Shown: positions 38,578 to 54,618, numbered from the stretch's first letter. The stretch is 64,000 bases of DNA from Spizellomyces punctatus DAOM BR117 (GCA_000182565.2 KQ257455.1); one strand, 5' to 3'. Notes: generated by a model from the letters alone, not told the origin. Numbers and translations: made by a program.

Positions 38578-38852
38578 AACCTTTGAGGTGACATTTTATA
38601 TTTTACGGCATGATAAGAGACTTGATTCTAAAAGAGAAAGATCACATCCGGTATCTGTTGCGCAAACATTCTTTCCGTTATAGACAGCAAAGTTTATGAC
38701 ATTGTTGAGGCTACTTTATAATCCATATAATAGCAATATGCAAAGCTATGGAGTAATTTGCACTGCAGCCTTCTCAATCATATCATTGAGCTGGATCTTT
38801 ACGTCCGGCTATCCCAACAATCTCAATTTCGCGCCAATGGTTTTCAGTATTA

Positions 38853-40623
38853 TCAACACTCTGCTTTGATGGGATGATCCTCTTCGACCGCGATTGCCAA
38901 GCCGTCGAAAGATTGGGCGAGCCGCTCGGCAATGTCTTCGGATGGCACATCTGTGAACACTGTGCAGTCCAGAGTGTCAGGAGAGAGAAGCCTCATGCAC
39001 TTCAAAGCGCGAGCTGCGCTGTGCAGATCCTGAACAGTCTCGAAACTAACGAGAAAGGTGCCACTGGCCACTTTGTGGAGAGTCACATAACCGTTCATGC
39101 ATTTCAAAAGCGGGTGAAGGTCGGCTTCGCCAATCCTGCTGGTGATAATACGAAGAGTTGGCGATGCAAGCCCAGCCTGATCGCCTCTGTCTTTATCAGT
39201 ATGGTCATGACGAACTGGGCTTGGCACTGTGGTGGTCGAGGTTGCCTGGATACATTTACTATGACCTGCGTGTTCTTGAGATTTCTCCAAGGATGATGCT
39301 TGTTCAACCCCGATGCTATCATCTTTGGCGGCGATCCGAGATCCTGGCAGAGTATTGCTGACTTTCACCTTAGGAACAACTTGAATATTGAGATCTTCGA
39401 TAATCTTCTCACGAGGAGTCGTGGATGTTGAGATTGCACTTGTCCCCCTTTCCGATGCGCACCTAATACCTAGTGACTGTTCTTTTTCAGAATACTTATC
39501 CATTAGAACGACGTTGTTATGCCCTGAATTAGAGCAGTCCGTCGGGCAATTGCCAGATGTGAATGTAATGATCATATTGGTACTGTTCACGAGATGCTCC
39601 ACTGCGTGACGCGCATACATGGATCTGGTAAACTTGGCAATGCAGCAACTGAATTCCTTTCCTTGCAATATCTTGACGCCAGGGACGATTCCATTGTAGG
39701 TTTGCAACCACTGCTCCACGTACTTTGCAGTGAGGTCAGGTAGCTTGAAAGGAAACTTGATATGAATAGTTGACTCGCCCGCGTCAAGGTCCAGCTTCTG
39801 CGGTGACATCCAGCGGCCCACTTCATTGGGAGCTGCGATTGTGGCTGTGAGCGGGCCTCGCTTCATCTGTATACTGGCCGCATAAGCAAAGGGCAAGTCC
39901 GCGAATCCCGCATAGAAAGTCAACTCTTCAGCTCCTTCGCACCGTCCCAAGATAATGCGAAAAAGCCCCGGAAACGAGTACAAATAATTGGTTATCTGAT
40001 TAACATTGTGGCCAGTATTTCCCAGACGCAAAAAGGGCATTTTGGTTACATCCTCCTCAGGGTAATAGGTAGTATCTGATGCATGCAGTACCCAATGGAT
40101 AAAATGAAGATAGCGTTGTAATAGGGCATTGACTTGCGACTGTCTTACCGATTGCGTAGTGTATACCTAGGTTTGTGGTCTCGGCGATTTCGATCGCGGC
40201 GTTCGATGCAAAACCAGGATCATTGAACTGGATGGAATATCCACGAGTTTCCGAAGTTATAGATTTAAACCCCGCAAAGTTAGATACAATCTTTTCAACG
40301 ACTGCGATGCCCAGTGGAGCCTTTCGCGGTATGAATAAGATTTTTGAGGTTAAGTTCATCTCCACTTCGGGCGCCAAGTCCACAAGATCCGATGGTGGAT
40401 GCTGCCCTGGCAGATCCTTTAACAGAGAGAGACGCGACGAAAGCAACTGAAGCTCTTTGCCAGCTTGTTCACAGGCTGCGGCTGTTGCATATTGAACGAT
40501 ATGGTATGGTTTCGCATAGAGAAGCTTTTGGAACCCTGCTTGGGATGACACGAAATTGTACAAATCGGCTTCGTCGACCTTTGAAGGCAACGGAGTGCCG
40601 ACAAGAATCTGCGGCAAACCCAT
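38853..40623 (-). CDS. Multi-RRM-like protein (divergent), 1 intron
   Basis: About five repeats of beta-alpha-(GF/GY)-beta-beta(F)-alpha pattern, e.g. QAGFQKL...IVQY, FAGFKSI...IQF, FPGLFRI...AGF, MNGYVTL...VSF. Confidence 0.6.
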
Positions 40624-40832
40624 GGTCAAATGGACAATCTTTGACAAGCTTTTGAAGAGGACTTGACTTTGGTTGCTGGCTCGGGGGGGAATGGAAGTTG
40701 AAATGAGAGACTAACCGGTTAAAATGCGCGATGTCCGAAAGTCCGATCGGTCAGACCTCCCGGTCACCGCAAGTCTTTCAACTGCTTCTCTCCGAGCTTT
40801 TCTAGGCAAACCACAGAAATCAAGAGTATATC

Positions 40833-44515
<3,683 letters not shown>

Positions 44516-44789
44516 ACAGCGCTACTTTTCGAAGCTTTTTTCTTTGTATATCGTGACGATTTCGATTTCTTATTTTGTGTATAGACCCGTTAATGAATAT
44601 CCTGTTTTAAACAATGTGACTTGGGGATAAACTAAATTATATTCTGTGTGCGTGTGCTGGAGGAAATCTAGTCTAGGCTAAATGAAAAGGACGGAATTTA
44701 CAAACCACTATCAAGCACGAACTTGATTGTGGGACGAGATGAGGAGAATACAGAGACGAAGAGCAGTCCCGCTTTCCATCATTCATGTC

Positions 44790-45391
44790 TTAATTTGATG
44801 GCGCACTCTTTTCAGCTCCCTCTGTTCTTCGTTTCAACTCCAACTCTAGCCGCTCTTTAGCTCGATACACCTTCGACTGCAGATAGAATGATCCTCCCTC
44901 TTTTGGATCATTTTGTTTGAACAAATGCTCATATCTCTGAAACGACGCCAAAGAAGAACTGTAAGCGACAGCCATCAGTAATACAATTCTCATCCCAGTA
45001 ATGCCTACCTTTAACAACTCTTCCATCGATGCCGTCTTGTCCACATTCAGAATCTGAGCTGCTTCCTCCACCGTTATCCCCGTTTTCCGCGTGGCGGCAT
45101 CTACCGCCGCACGCCCTGTTCCACCAGCCGCTGCATTCTGAGCCGCATCTAATCGGCAAGAGTCCTGTTAACGAGTGATCAAGCAATGCCCGGCTTGGAT
45201 ATGTCTGCCACATACTCTTTGCTGCTTGTTTGTATGCTTCGACGAAAGCCCGACCCAGAATTTGAGAACCGACAATGACTATTTGTGTTATTAACCTTGC
45301 AGCCTGACGGTCGAGGTAAGGATAGACATGGCGCATAAGCTTTGGCGTACGAGCAATTTCAAAATTGTAGGCAAGTACATACGTTGACCAT
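44790..45391 (-). CDS. PAM16: Mitochondrial import motor subunit Pam16/Tim16, multi-exon
   Basis: GSQILGRAFVEAYKQA, EEAAQILNV, YEHLFKQND...GGSFYLQSKVYRAKERL. Confidence 0.95.
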
Positions 45392-46204
45392 TTTGATATT
45401 ATGTATGTGATCGGAAGTGAGTAGGGCAAACGAGGAGATACGCAATTCTTGGAGGTTCGCAGGAAGGTTATGTATGTAGGGTGCCGTGCAATGAGTCTCC
45501 CGGTCAGCAAGAATGAAAACGCCTTTTGCAAAAAACTTTGAAATTTGTTCGCAGTTTAGCGATTTGTCGGGAATCCTCCTTGCTCTTTAGATTCGTTGCC
45601 AAGACAACCCATGAGTCAAACGAATCCGCTTACATCAGCAATGCAGGATGGCACAGTACACGGTAAAAACCAGACCCAAAAAAACAATATATCCAAATTA
45701 GGTCCAAGACACGCAAATTTGTAAATGTTCAACTCCCATGTGGCAGTGCATGCAGCTATTCGGACATGTCCGGATTATCGGACGTGTCCGGACGCTGATG
45801 GCACAGTCATACTGACTGATGCAGAGTCTTTATTGCGTCGTTAAGTGCTTACACTGTGGCCGCCCGACAACGACGTCCGCAGCGAATGCTCTTGAGCAGT
45901 GAAGGACCAGGTAACGCCATGTCCCGTTCATTAAAGACAATTGTACGAGTTGTGTTATCACCGGGGAAGCCAGTGTGAAAAATTCAATGCAGCAGGTCAT
46001 CCAGATGGCGGACTGACAAACATGCGCATTCGGAAGGAATTCATATGACCTTTAACTCAGCGTCATACAGTTTCTGCGTTGTATGCTGCAAAACTGATGG
46101 TAATGCAGGTCGTATTGAAGGTACTTACTTGGAGCACTATCTCCTATCACCTCTGGCGCCATGGAGCGTTGCTGCAATCCTAAACCTCCGACGGCCTGTC
46201 GATT

Positions 46205-46466
46205 CTTTCAGCGATGGAATCTCCGTGTACACTCACCTCTAGCGTGACCTCCACCGGAATCCAAAGCAGCTTTCAACGATGGGATCTGCATTGTACGCTT
46301 ACCTCTAGCGTGACCTCCAACGGAATGCAAAGCAGATTTCAACGATGGGATCGCCATTGTGCACTCACCTCTACCGTGACCTCCAACGGAATCCAAAGTA
46401 GTTTTCGACTATCGGGTCTCCATTGCACACTCACCGCTACGTGACCTCCGACGGAATCCAAAGTAG
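46205..46466. repeat. 65-66-bp minisatellite, 4 diverged copies
   Basis: Units start at 46205, 46270, 46336, 46402; shared core ...CTCACCTCTA.CGTGACCTCCA.CGGAATCCAAAG. Confidence 0.92.
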
Positions 46467-46830
46467 CGCATTGTTTCCAACATTTATTCGCAGGCGGCAA
46501 ATTCCTCTCCCAACAATAGTGCAGGCTCCCTTCTAACACAACGCACCGTTAACAGCCTTTGACAGCATCGATATCCGGGAAGAGCTGCTGGTCGGTTATT
46601 GAACACGAATGAGGGGGGACTGGAATGGAAGAGGTGGCCTTTTATAAACTTGGAGAACTGGCCCGAGATTTCCGTGGAAGATTCGCTCAGAACATCCACA
46701 CGTCATGCGTCAGTGCGTTACCCCTGATTATGGCCTTGCCCCTGCTGTGCATATCCACGCTCATTGTGAAATGGGCCGTGTGTGTAATATGGCGTCTCTC
46801 GCACATGTGGTGTCCCTTTGGAAAAAAAGA

Positions 46831-46985
46831 ACGCGACAGCCCCTGGAGCGACCTCCTTGCAGGGCGCGTCGTGGACGCGAACAACCACACCCCTTGCTGC
46901 TTCAGCGCCATGGAGGATGGACGTGTTGTGTGCATGGACGCGACAGATCCCTGGGACGGCCTCCTTCCAGGGCGTGTCCGTGGAC
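46831..46985 (+). repeat. GC-rich dispersed repeat, copy A (inverted relative to 48886-49158)
   Basis: Aligns by eye to the reverse complement of ~48886-49030 (CCTCCTTGCAGGGCG, GTGGACGCGA, CCCCTTGCTGC). Confidence 0.85.
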
Positions 46986-47157
46986 CTGCTGCGCGCGACA
47001 TACCCGTTGAACGGCCTGGGTTTCAGGCATGGAAGGCACGTACCCCTGATTCGGCCCTCGCATGAATCACAGAAGCAAGCGATATTTACATACACATGAA
47101 CCTTTGAGATATAATAAAGTGGCCTTTCTTTTATGAAGGATTTCAAAAGGAGGAAAG

Positions 47158-48261
47158 CTAAACGATGACGATCCGTGAATGTCCACCCCCTCGCACTTCC
47201 TTTATCCTCCCCAAATGCCTCATAATAGCTATAACACTTCTACCTGTCGGATCTAATCGGAAAACACTCTTACTCCACTGTCCCTTTTCGCGGACATCCT
47301 TCTCTGTTATGAATGCTTTTCCTGTTGTTTCGGCGGTTGCAGCTTTCCGGTGCTCCCAGAAGACGTCTCGCTGACTTTTTGTCATCTTTGGTGGTGATAT
47401 TCGCAACATTGTATGTTTATCAGCCACCAATTGTGCGAATTCTGAGATCTGATCGTTTAGTCGATCCCGGTTCAGTCGCCCGACTGCAACCGATGAAAAT
47501 AATTGGTCAAGTAGAGCACCTCAGTCAAGAAAGACCAGAATTAGAAACTCACCCAAATATTTTGGTAATGATTCAAACTGAATTTTATGATAGATATCAA
47601 CAAGCGGTGATTTTGGAAGGATCTTCACCATCCATTTTGCACTCACCTCAGCAACCGTTACAGGGGCTACCGTCGTGTTCAACTTTGCTGACGTCTTTTT
47701 AGATGGTGCATCAGCCGTTGCGTCTACCTTCTTCATCTTTCTTAGGCCCCCAGCGACTTTGGACTTATTCTCCCCTTGGTTATTGCCCAGAACTTTGAGG
47801 GAACCTGGATCCGCCACCTTCGGTCTTTGCCCTTCCATATTCTCTTCATCACTCTCCGCCTCAATCTCTTGGATTTGATTTTTCGTTGGACGATTATACC
47901 TCATGCTTGCCTTTGTAGATCTCTGAGGCAGCGGTAAGTGTTTAGGGACATTGGCAAGCATATGTTCCAGATCTTTTCGTTGTTCATCCAACGCTTCGTG
48001 AATTGCGCGCGATTTCTCCAGGGCTTTCTGCTCTTGCAGTATCTGGGTGCGTATGTAGCCTACCCGCTGGTCCAAATCTTCCACTGCACGCCAGAGACTC
48101 TGAAAATCCTCATTGTTCAGGATGCTTTGTTCTAACGTAGGAGTGCGCAGCAGCGCGATGGCCTTCAAGTCTAGAAATACACGTATTAGGGTCTACTTTG
48201 TACACCGGCCATAAGACATACCTGTTATGCGGGATGCGAAGGATTGGAGGAGATCGTCCAT
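47158..48261 (-). CDS. SKA1: Spindle and kinetochore-associated protein 1 (Ska1), multi-exon
   Basis: N-terminal coiled coil MDDLLQSFASRIT/DLK..., C-terminal microtubule-binding domain FESLPKYL.GR, GKAFITEKD, IMRHLGRIKEVRGGG. Confidence 0.88.
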
Positions 48262-48885
48262 GGCGACGGGAGTTCTTCCCAAGATCGCGTCAGATTCTGG
48301 TTTCGAGGTGCAGTCAGAAATGACAACAGCAACGCGCTTTTGTTCAGCTGTTTGAACACGGTTGGAATTCGTCATGAGCAACCTCTGGTGACATGGTGCA
48401 ACTACATATCATGGCTGGTTCCCACATTCGATTACAGAGTGTGCATAACCTGTTGGGGGACGATTGGGGACATGATGTACGTCAGGCATGTGTCTAACGG
48501 ATTGGAGATACAGACCTCTCACGTTCATTTCGTGTAAAATGTGCAGACATGGTGATTCCAGTACCTCTTCCTCACCTTAGCAGAGAAGATCTCTCGATCT
48601 CCACTTATGAATTATGGCAAAACATTGGACGCATTATCGCAAAAAGTTCAATCCTGATCGCCTGTGTTGTTATATTCTGCTCAGCTTATCACAGCGAGCT
48701 GTCCCCATTACCACATCAACCGCGTTGCAAGGGATGTTCCTCGGCCAGCGCGTCGTCAACAGGGGGGCAGGGGGTAAGGCACACGAGCGTCGCGAAGACG
48801 CCAGGGTGCACGCGGCGTCATCCGTCCATGGCAGTAAACTATGAATCCATGGTAAACATCGATGTCCATAGTGTAGGCGCCAAAG

Positions 48886-49158
48886 ACGCCCTGCAAGGAG
48901 GTCGTCCCAGGGGTCTGTCGCGTCCACGGACACGACACGTTCATCTCCCATGTCTAGCGCAGCAAGGGGTTTGGTCGTTCGCGTCCACGGACACGCCCTG
49001 CAAGGAGGCCGCGCCAGGAGGTTGTCGCGTCCATCTTCCATGGCTGAAGCAGCAAGGGTTGGTTGTTCACGTCCACGGACACGCCTTGCAAGGAGGTCAT
49101 CCCAGAGAGGCTGTCAAGTCCATCTTCCATGTTTGGCGTAGCAAGGGGTTTGGCAGTT
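48886..49158 (-). repeat. GC-rich dispersed repeat, copy B: three tandem units of ~107, 88 and 78 (partial) bp
   Basis: Units begin ACGCC(C/T)TGCAAGGAGG at 48886, 48993, 49081. Confidence 0.88.
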
Positions 49159-49381
49159 CACTCCAACGAACAGGAAGCGCAGCAAAATGGGCGTCTTGAT
49201 GATGACGAAGCCGTCTCCAATCCTTACGACCAATACTCTGGTCATTGCCAACATCACAATGGAGCATTTAGCAGGCTCAGACTTAATGATTCGTATAATA
49301 CATGATAGCTTGAAATACAGCACTTGCTCCACTTGCCCGTTTCCCCAAACAAAGTCTATAGATATTTTGCGAGTATGCAGG

Positions 49382-50177
49382 TTAGAGCTTGACATTAAAC
49401 GATGTCTTGCAGCCACATGACGACTCCGCTTTGGGATTGTTCACAACTTGGAAACTTGATCCGATCAATTCCTCCACATAGTCCAATGTTGATCCATTGA
49501 TGAGGTCCAAAGATATTGTGTCCACCACGACCTTCGCTCCATCATTCTCAAACACGCTAACAACCCAGAAACTCGAAAATTAGTGTCCAGGAGTAAAGTT
49601 GATTCCTTAAAGTCGGTAACGTACACATCATCATCCTCCATTTGTGTTGTAAGCTCCATCTTGTATTGAAACCCATGACACCCGCCCGATTCTACTGTAA
49701 TCCGCAGCATATTATTTGTATTCGCCTTTCGATTTATTGCATGTAGTTGCTATTTCATAAAGCCAGAAGAGAGAAGTATCAGAATCTCTACTTCAAGTAG
49801 ATATATGGCCTTGGGTCATGCTGTGGCAAGCCCTTCAAGCCGCACAGTTGAGGTAGGTTTCATTTAGCTCATACCTTTGCAGCAGCATCTGACACGGATA
49901 AGCTGGCTACAATGCCTTCCTCAGTCCTATCCAATGCATCCTGAGTGCCCTGAGACGTCTCTGGCACGCGTGCGGCCTCCGTGGTCATGAAGCGTGGCCC
50001 GCACACAGATAATGCGAAAGCCCATGGCCGCTTCAATGATATTTGCCACGCCCGTAGACTCGCCGCGGATGAACGTGGAGGCGATACTTGCGAAGGAAGA
50101 CGTCCAGATGTATGGAATGGACAGCGTAGGATTGCTGAAAGGGGTTGTATACCACGGCGGGCTGCTATCCGTTGCAT
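49382..50177 (-). CDS. ISA2: Mitochondrial A-type Fe-S cluster assembly protein Isa2, 2 introns
   Basis: Presequence; LRITVESGGCHGFQY, LDYVEELIGSSFQV..NP...SSCGC..SF. Confidence 0.92.
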
Positions 50178-50285
50178 TACGAAGTGGAAACTCTTGACAG
50201 TTGGAAATCGACTGCAATCGCGGACTTTGGGTGACGCGGATGTGCTGTGCCACGATCGTTGCTAAGGTCGGTTGTCGAGCAAAGG

Positions 50286-51850
50286 ATGACCACCTGCCTG
50301 ATTCATGTCTTCGAAGCCACGATGGTGATCTTGCAAAGGAGTTGCGCTCCGACATGCTTTCCCCTACGGTGCAGCACTCCTCTTGGATCAATACTCTGTC
50401 GTGGGTTTCATGTAAGCCATCAATGGAACCGACCGTACAATATTCTCTTTTTCGGCTCGGATGAGTTCTCGATTGCGAGTTTGCGAAAACTCCGCGAAGA
50501 GCAAGGTAGGGCGACAGTGTTCTTGTTATTTGATAGATTCCCGTCAAACCAATATCGGTAAACCCACTAGTATTAAACCCTGGAAGTATAATATCACATA
50601 TTGAGGTCGTAACGCCGCCCGACAACCCCCGCAACAAAAAGGCAGAAGGTTTGTTTGCATTCGAGGCTTTTGCGTGGGTCTACACTTTTAAATTGATACC
50701 ACGCCTCTTAGTACCCCTCAAGGAATTTGCCGTTAAAGAGGGATTGACAGTTCATTCTGCACCCCCGAAAACCCTTAAAGATTGGACGGTACGTAGGACA
50801 TCCTTTCAAAAGCAAAGTTTCTCTACTAGGGTTAAAGCGTGTTCATCAAGGTAGATTCCAAATCCGTCCTACCCTGCGCCTTTCGATCTAGCGGTGGTGG
50901 TATCGTTCGGCTATTTCCTTCCTCGTAGAGTAATTGGAGCATTCCCATCAGGCGCCTTCAATATTCATCCATCGCTTCTTCCGAGGTACCCATCTTTCAC
51001 CGTACTCTATATCTGTCAACTGCTGATGATGGTCCGTGCTTGACAGATACCGGGGAGCAGCGCCGATTCAGTATACGATCCTCAACGACGATAAAGAGAC
51101 TGGTGTTTCCATTATCGAGCTCGATCCACAACGATTCGACGTTGGAGGAATATTAAAACAAACTCGCATCGTGCGTACTTTGCGCTAAAGCTTCCTGAAT
51201 GAATGACGAGTGTTAATTGCGACCAGTAGGAGGTTCCACCAAAGGTGTTTTTCAAGGATCTACATGATGCACTAGCGGAAGTAGGGGCCAAGGATATGCT
51301 GGAGACGATCAGGGAACTGGACAAGTGTCAGGTATGGGCCGACTTGCTGGGTGCGTGCACACACCACTTGTTTGACATAGAACATAGGCACAAGCAATAG
51401 CTCAGAATGATGGGGAGGCGACACACGCGCCCAAGATACCAAAAGCTATGGGAGTCGTGGACTGGCAGTTACCACGAGAACGAATATATCGTCTTCATCG
51501 GGCGATCGGATACAGAGTACGTTATATTATAGGTGGCTTTGGCCGACCCTAGATACTGATGTGCACATTACTTGAAGATACCGCTACATACCACCTTTAG
51601 GGGTCGTCGTGTCCAACTTCTTGCCTTGGACGATCCGGACTCCGCTACGGGCCCAGGAAAAAAGACCCCCAACGACCTGCCACCCGGTGCCTTGGCGTTT
51701 GATGACGAATATCACACTCTTTTCATAAAGTGCAGCGATGGCTGGCTTGCGTGTTCCAAGTTGAAGGTTGAAGGGAAACGAGCTCTTGGGATCCGAGATT
51801 TTGTGAATGGGTATCAATTAGCGGATGCGGCGCGCGAGTTTTTCAAGTGA
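50286..51850 (+). CDS. FMT1: Mitochondrial methionyl-tRNA formyltransferase, multi-exon (start approximate)
   Basis: [57 protein letters not shown]...DF.NG. Confidence 0.92.
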
Positions 51851-52161
51851 TCGTGGATAAGGTAGTGCGCTAAGATGGTCAAGGATAAGTCCCAAGAGGA
51901 CTCAGCTGGAAGCTAGGTATCCTTATGAAGTCGACTTCTACGCAAATGTATATATACACAGCTCCTCAAGCATCTAATATATAACAAAGAAGGCTAATGA
52001 CTCCTGAAACGTTCGTCAGAGTCAGCTCGCTTTGACAGTGAACGAACTGCACGAAACAGAGAGCTATACTCTGTTCCACTTCATAGTTTACATTGTCCAC
52101 GGAAACATTGACTGCACTTTGCCAGTTTCGTTCGTCCTCCCAGGCTCATTCCACAATGATA

Positions 52162-52530
52162 CTAATCTCTAACGCTTCCGTCCCTTGGCCGATACTTTAT
52201 TCCGTTATCGTTCAGCAATTCTTGGACTTCCTCTGGGAGCCTTCCCGTGATTCGGATGGCGTACATTCCCTTTACAAATTTATCTGTGCGTTGCCAGCGG
52301 GAGACCCACGATTGCTCCGGTCTCATCTGCGCAATTATTCCATCGAAGCTGGCCGAGGTGCATTCTGTGATTCTTTTAGGGTGGTCCTTCAAGTGCAGTA
52401 CTTCATCACAATTCTCGCAGCCGGTGGAACGAAACTGAGCGGCAGACTTTATCAATCCGCAAAGAAGGCAGGCACGAAGATGACGGCGATCCTTGGACGT
52501 GGGAATGACGTCGTCGACAGAGGTAGACAT
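52162..52530 (-). CDS. SPT4: Transcription elongation factor Spt4, intronless
   Basis: LRACLLC...F...GCENC, CTSASFDG, SWVSRWQ, GMYAI...G.LP, YRPRD. Confidence 0.97.
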   Translation of the reverse strand: MSTSVDDVIPTSKDRRHLRACLLCGLIKSAAQFRSTGCENCDEVLHLKDHPKRITECTSASFDGIIAQMRPEQSWVSRWQRTDKFVKGMYAIRITGRLPEEVQELLNDNGIKYRPRDGSVRD

Positions 52531-52683
52531 ACTGCCAGCAGGGATGCCCTCCGTAATGGAAAACGAATCGACTCCAAACGTGCTACAGAGTCAGGACGGG
52601 ACGTTGGTGGGGGGAGAAAATCATGTGACCTCGATCAAGGATTGCCTCCATTTCCAACTTTTTGACACTGAGATCAGAACATA

Positions 52684-53567
52684 ATGAGCTACCAGCTATT
52701 GAGCCGACTTTCTCAAAGGCGGCCATTTCCTCAGAAATGCGGGATTCTACCCATTTTGGTATCCCTGCCTAATGCCGTAGACGCTTGGAATTGGCGAACA
52801 TGTCATCCTGTACGCCGCTTTTCACCATGTACCACCGTACGAAGCAACTTGACGGAATCAGAAGATATTGAGCTTTGGATAAGTCGATTTTCAAAAGATA
52901 GCATACCGAGAGGTGCGTTGAGTATTTCCAATGGAATTAGGTACCCTCTAGGCTTAAAAATGCTTTTGTAGAGCAACTGGAGGTATCCTTCTCTCGGAGT
53001 AGCGGACCTGGAGGGCAGAATGTCAACAAAGGTATCAACCAATGGTATCTGAGTTCTAGTTCATTTGGCTCAGCCGCTCAACCATTATTCCGACCGCAGT
53101 AAATACAAAGGTAGACATGCGCTTTCCAATCAAGTATGCACAATGGCTGCCACCCGAAGTCAAGGCAAAACTACGTGAACAGGTATGCACTTCAAGCACA
53201 GGCATAAATGCTTTTTTTCTAAACGTTTTGCGAAATAGAACGCAAACAGGATCAACAAAAAGCTAGAGTTTGTCGTCAGTTCTGATCGACATCGAAATCA
53301 ACATCAGAACTTTGAAGAGTGCCTAAGCAAGCTCTATACAGCCATAGTCGAAGCAGCAGAAGAGTTGGTACCAAGAGGCCCTAGCGAGGAAACATTGAAG
53401 CGGATAGAGGAATTGTAAGTAGTGGAAATTGCGCTCTATTGTGTGTCCTATTATTGATATTCTTTTGCGCCTCCAGTAAGGAGATTGAAAGAGAGAAGAA
53501 AATGAAGGCAAAAGAGCGGCATGCTCAAAAGAAAGCCAGCCGGCGACGAGGAAAAGATGACTATTGA
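52684..53567 (+). CDS. Mitochondrial GGQ peptidyl-tRNA hydrolase (ICT1/ArfB/Pth4-like), multi-exon
   Basis: FSRSSGPGGQNVNKVNTKV..RF....A.WLP, SDRHRNQ..N...C..KL, basic C-tail. Confidence 0.9.
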
Positions 53568-53695
53568 GATTTGTTGGGGCGCGCGGCACTCTATTTATGC
53601 AGTCAACTCTTCATGTACATAGTTGGTGCGGTGCAGTTAGACGAGTGAGTGTAGATGTGGGTATAGATGACAGTTATTTGAATAATATTTACATG

Positions 53696-54618
53696 CTATA
53701 TTTTTACATCCGCAAAGGAGAATCTCCCTTCCAGTATCTCCGAGCGATCTGCTTGATCGATGTGCTGCAGCTGCTTACGAACATACGTCACAAGCGATTC
53801 CAATTGCTTCGCATCAACGTCCTGAGACCCCAACAAGTTCCTAAGTGTATGAGGCGGAGTTAATGGGTGAGATGCCAGAACACGAATTCGAAATAAACCG
53901 ACCTCCACAGTGCTCCCGCCAAAATAGCATCTCCATAATAAAGCCCCTCGTCGTACGCCAAAGTTTGCCCATAATAGGCACTAACCAAATTACTCATTAT
54001 CTTGGACAGTTGTCGCTTCACCCCGGCCTTGTGGATCTTGATTTCAACGTCTAACCATATGTGATCAAAGATCTCCTGCTTCATTTCCTTTCCTTCAAGT
54101 CCTTCCGCCCGCAGACGGGCATTATAGATCCACACATGCAATAATGTCATCGCGAACCATGTCTGGAAGTTATCCGGAAGGTTGAGTGCTTATCGTGGCA
54201 AAAGATGAGCACATGGTAAATGCACAATTGACGCTAATGTCAGATGCATACCTTGCACAAAATCTGGCCGCTTTTCAAATTGGAGAGAGCACGCTTCATA
54301 TGCATGCCGGGCAGAGTCAATTCGGCTCATTTTCCATTTTATGTAGCCTATTGGATTAATGAACTTTGAAACGGGATTCTGAAAAGGGAATGTCTTCAAA
54401 GTGCAAGATGGGTAAGCTTAAATACTGCTATCACTGTAAACACGCAAGGAAAAACCTGCCTCTCGCTCAGTTTGAACCCCACTGCCGCCGAAAGTGCGAC
54501 TGCGGGCAGCAAGCTGTGCTGTTGGGAGAGTCACAGCTGCTCGCAAACAACGGCCCGATAGCCTTGAGCCATTTCGTATAATATTACTCAAAGGCTGCGA
54601 CACTGGTCGGACTGCCAT
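53696..54618 (-). CDS. CBP3: Cytochrome b translation/assembly chaperone Cbp3/UQCC1, multi-exon
   Basis: LPDNFQTWFAMTLLHVW....RLR, YYGQTLAYDEGL...DAILAGALWRN, LVTYVR. Confidence 0.92.

Noticed and set aside
45708..45719. GACACGCAAATT match to the U6 snRNA 3' region
   Set aside because: Only 12 nt; no ACAGAGA box, internal stem-loop or oligo-T end.
46625..47146. Overlapping 90-146-aa ORFs (also 48549-49199, 216 aa)
   Set aside because: They arise from GC-rich repeats open in several frames; no transposase or other domain is recognisable.
52983..52990. GTATCCTT U12-type 5' splice site
   Set aside because: It is coding sequence (V-S-F of the conserved FSRSSGPGGQ motif); no minor intron is needed for the model.
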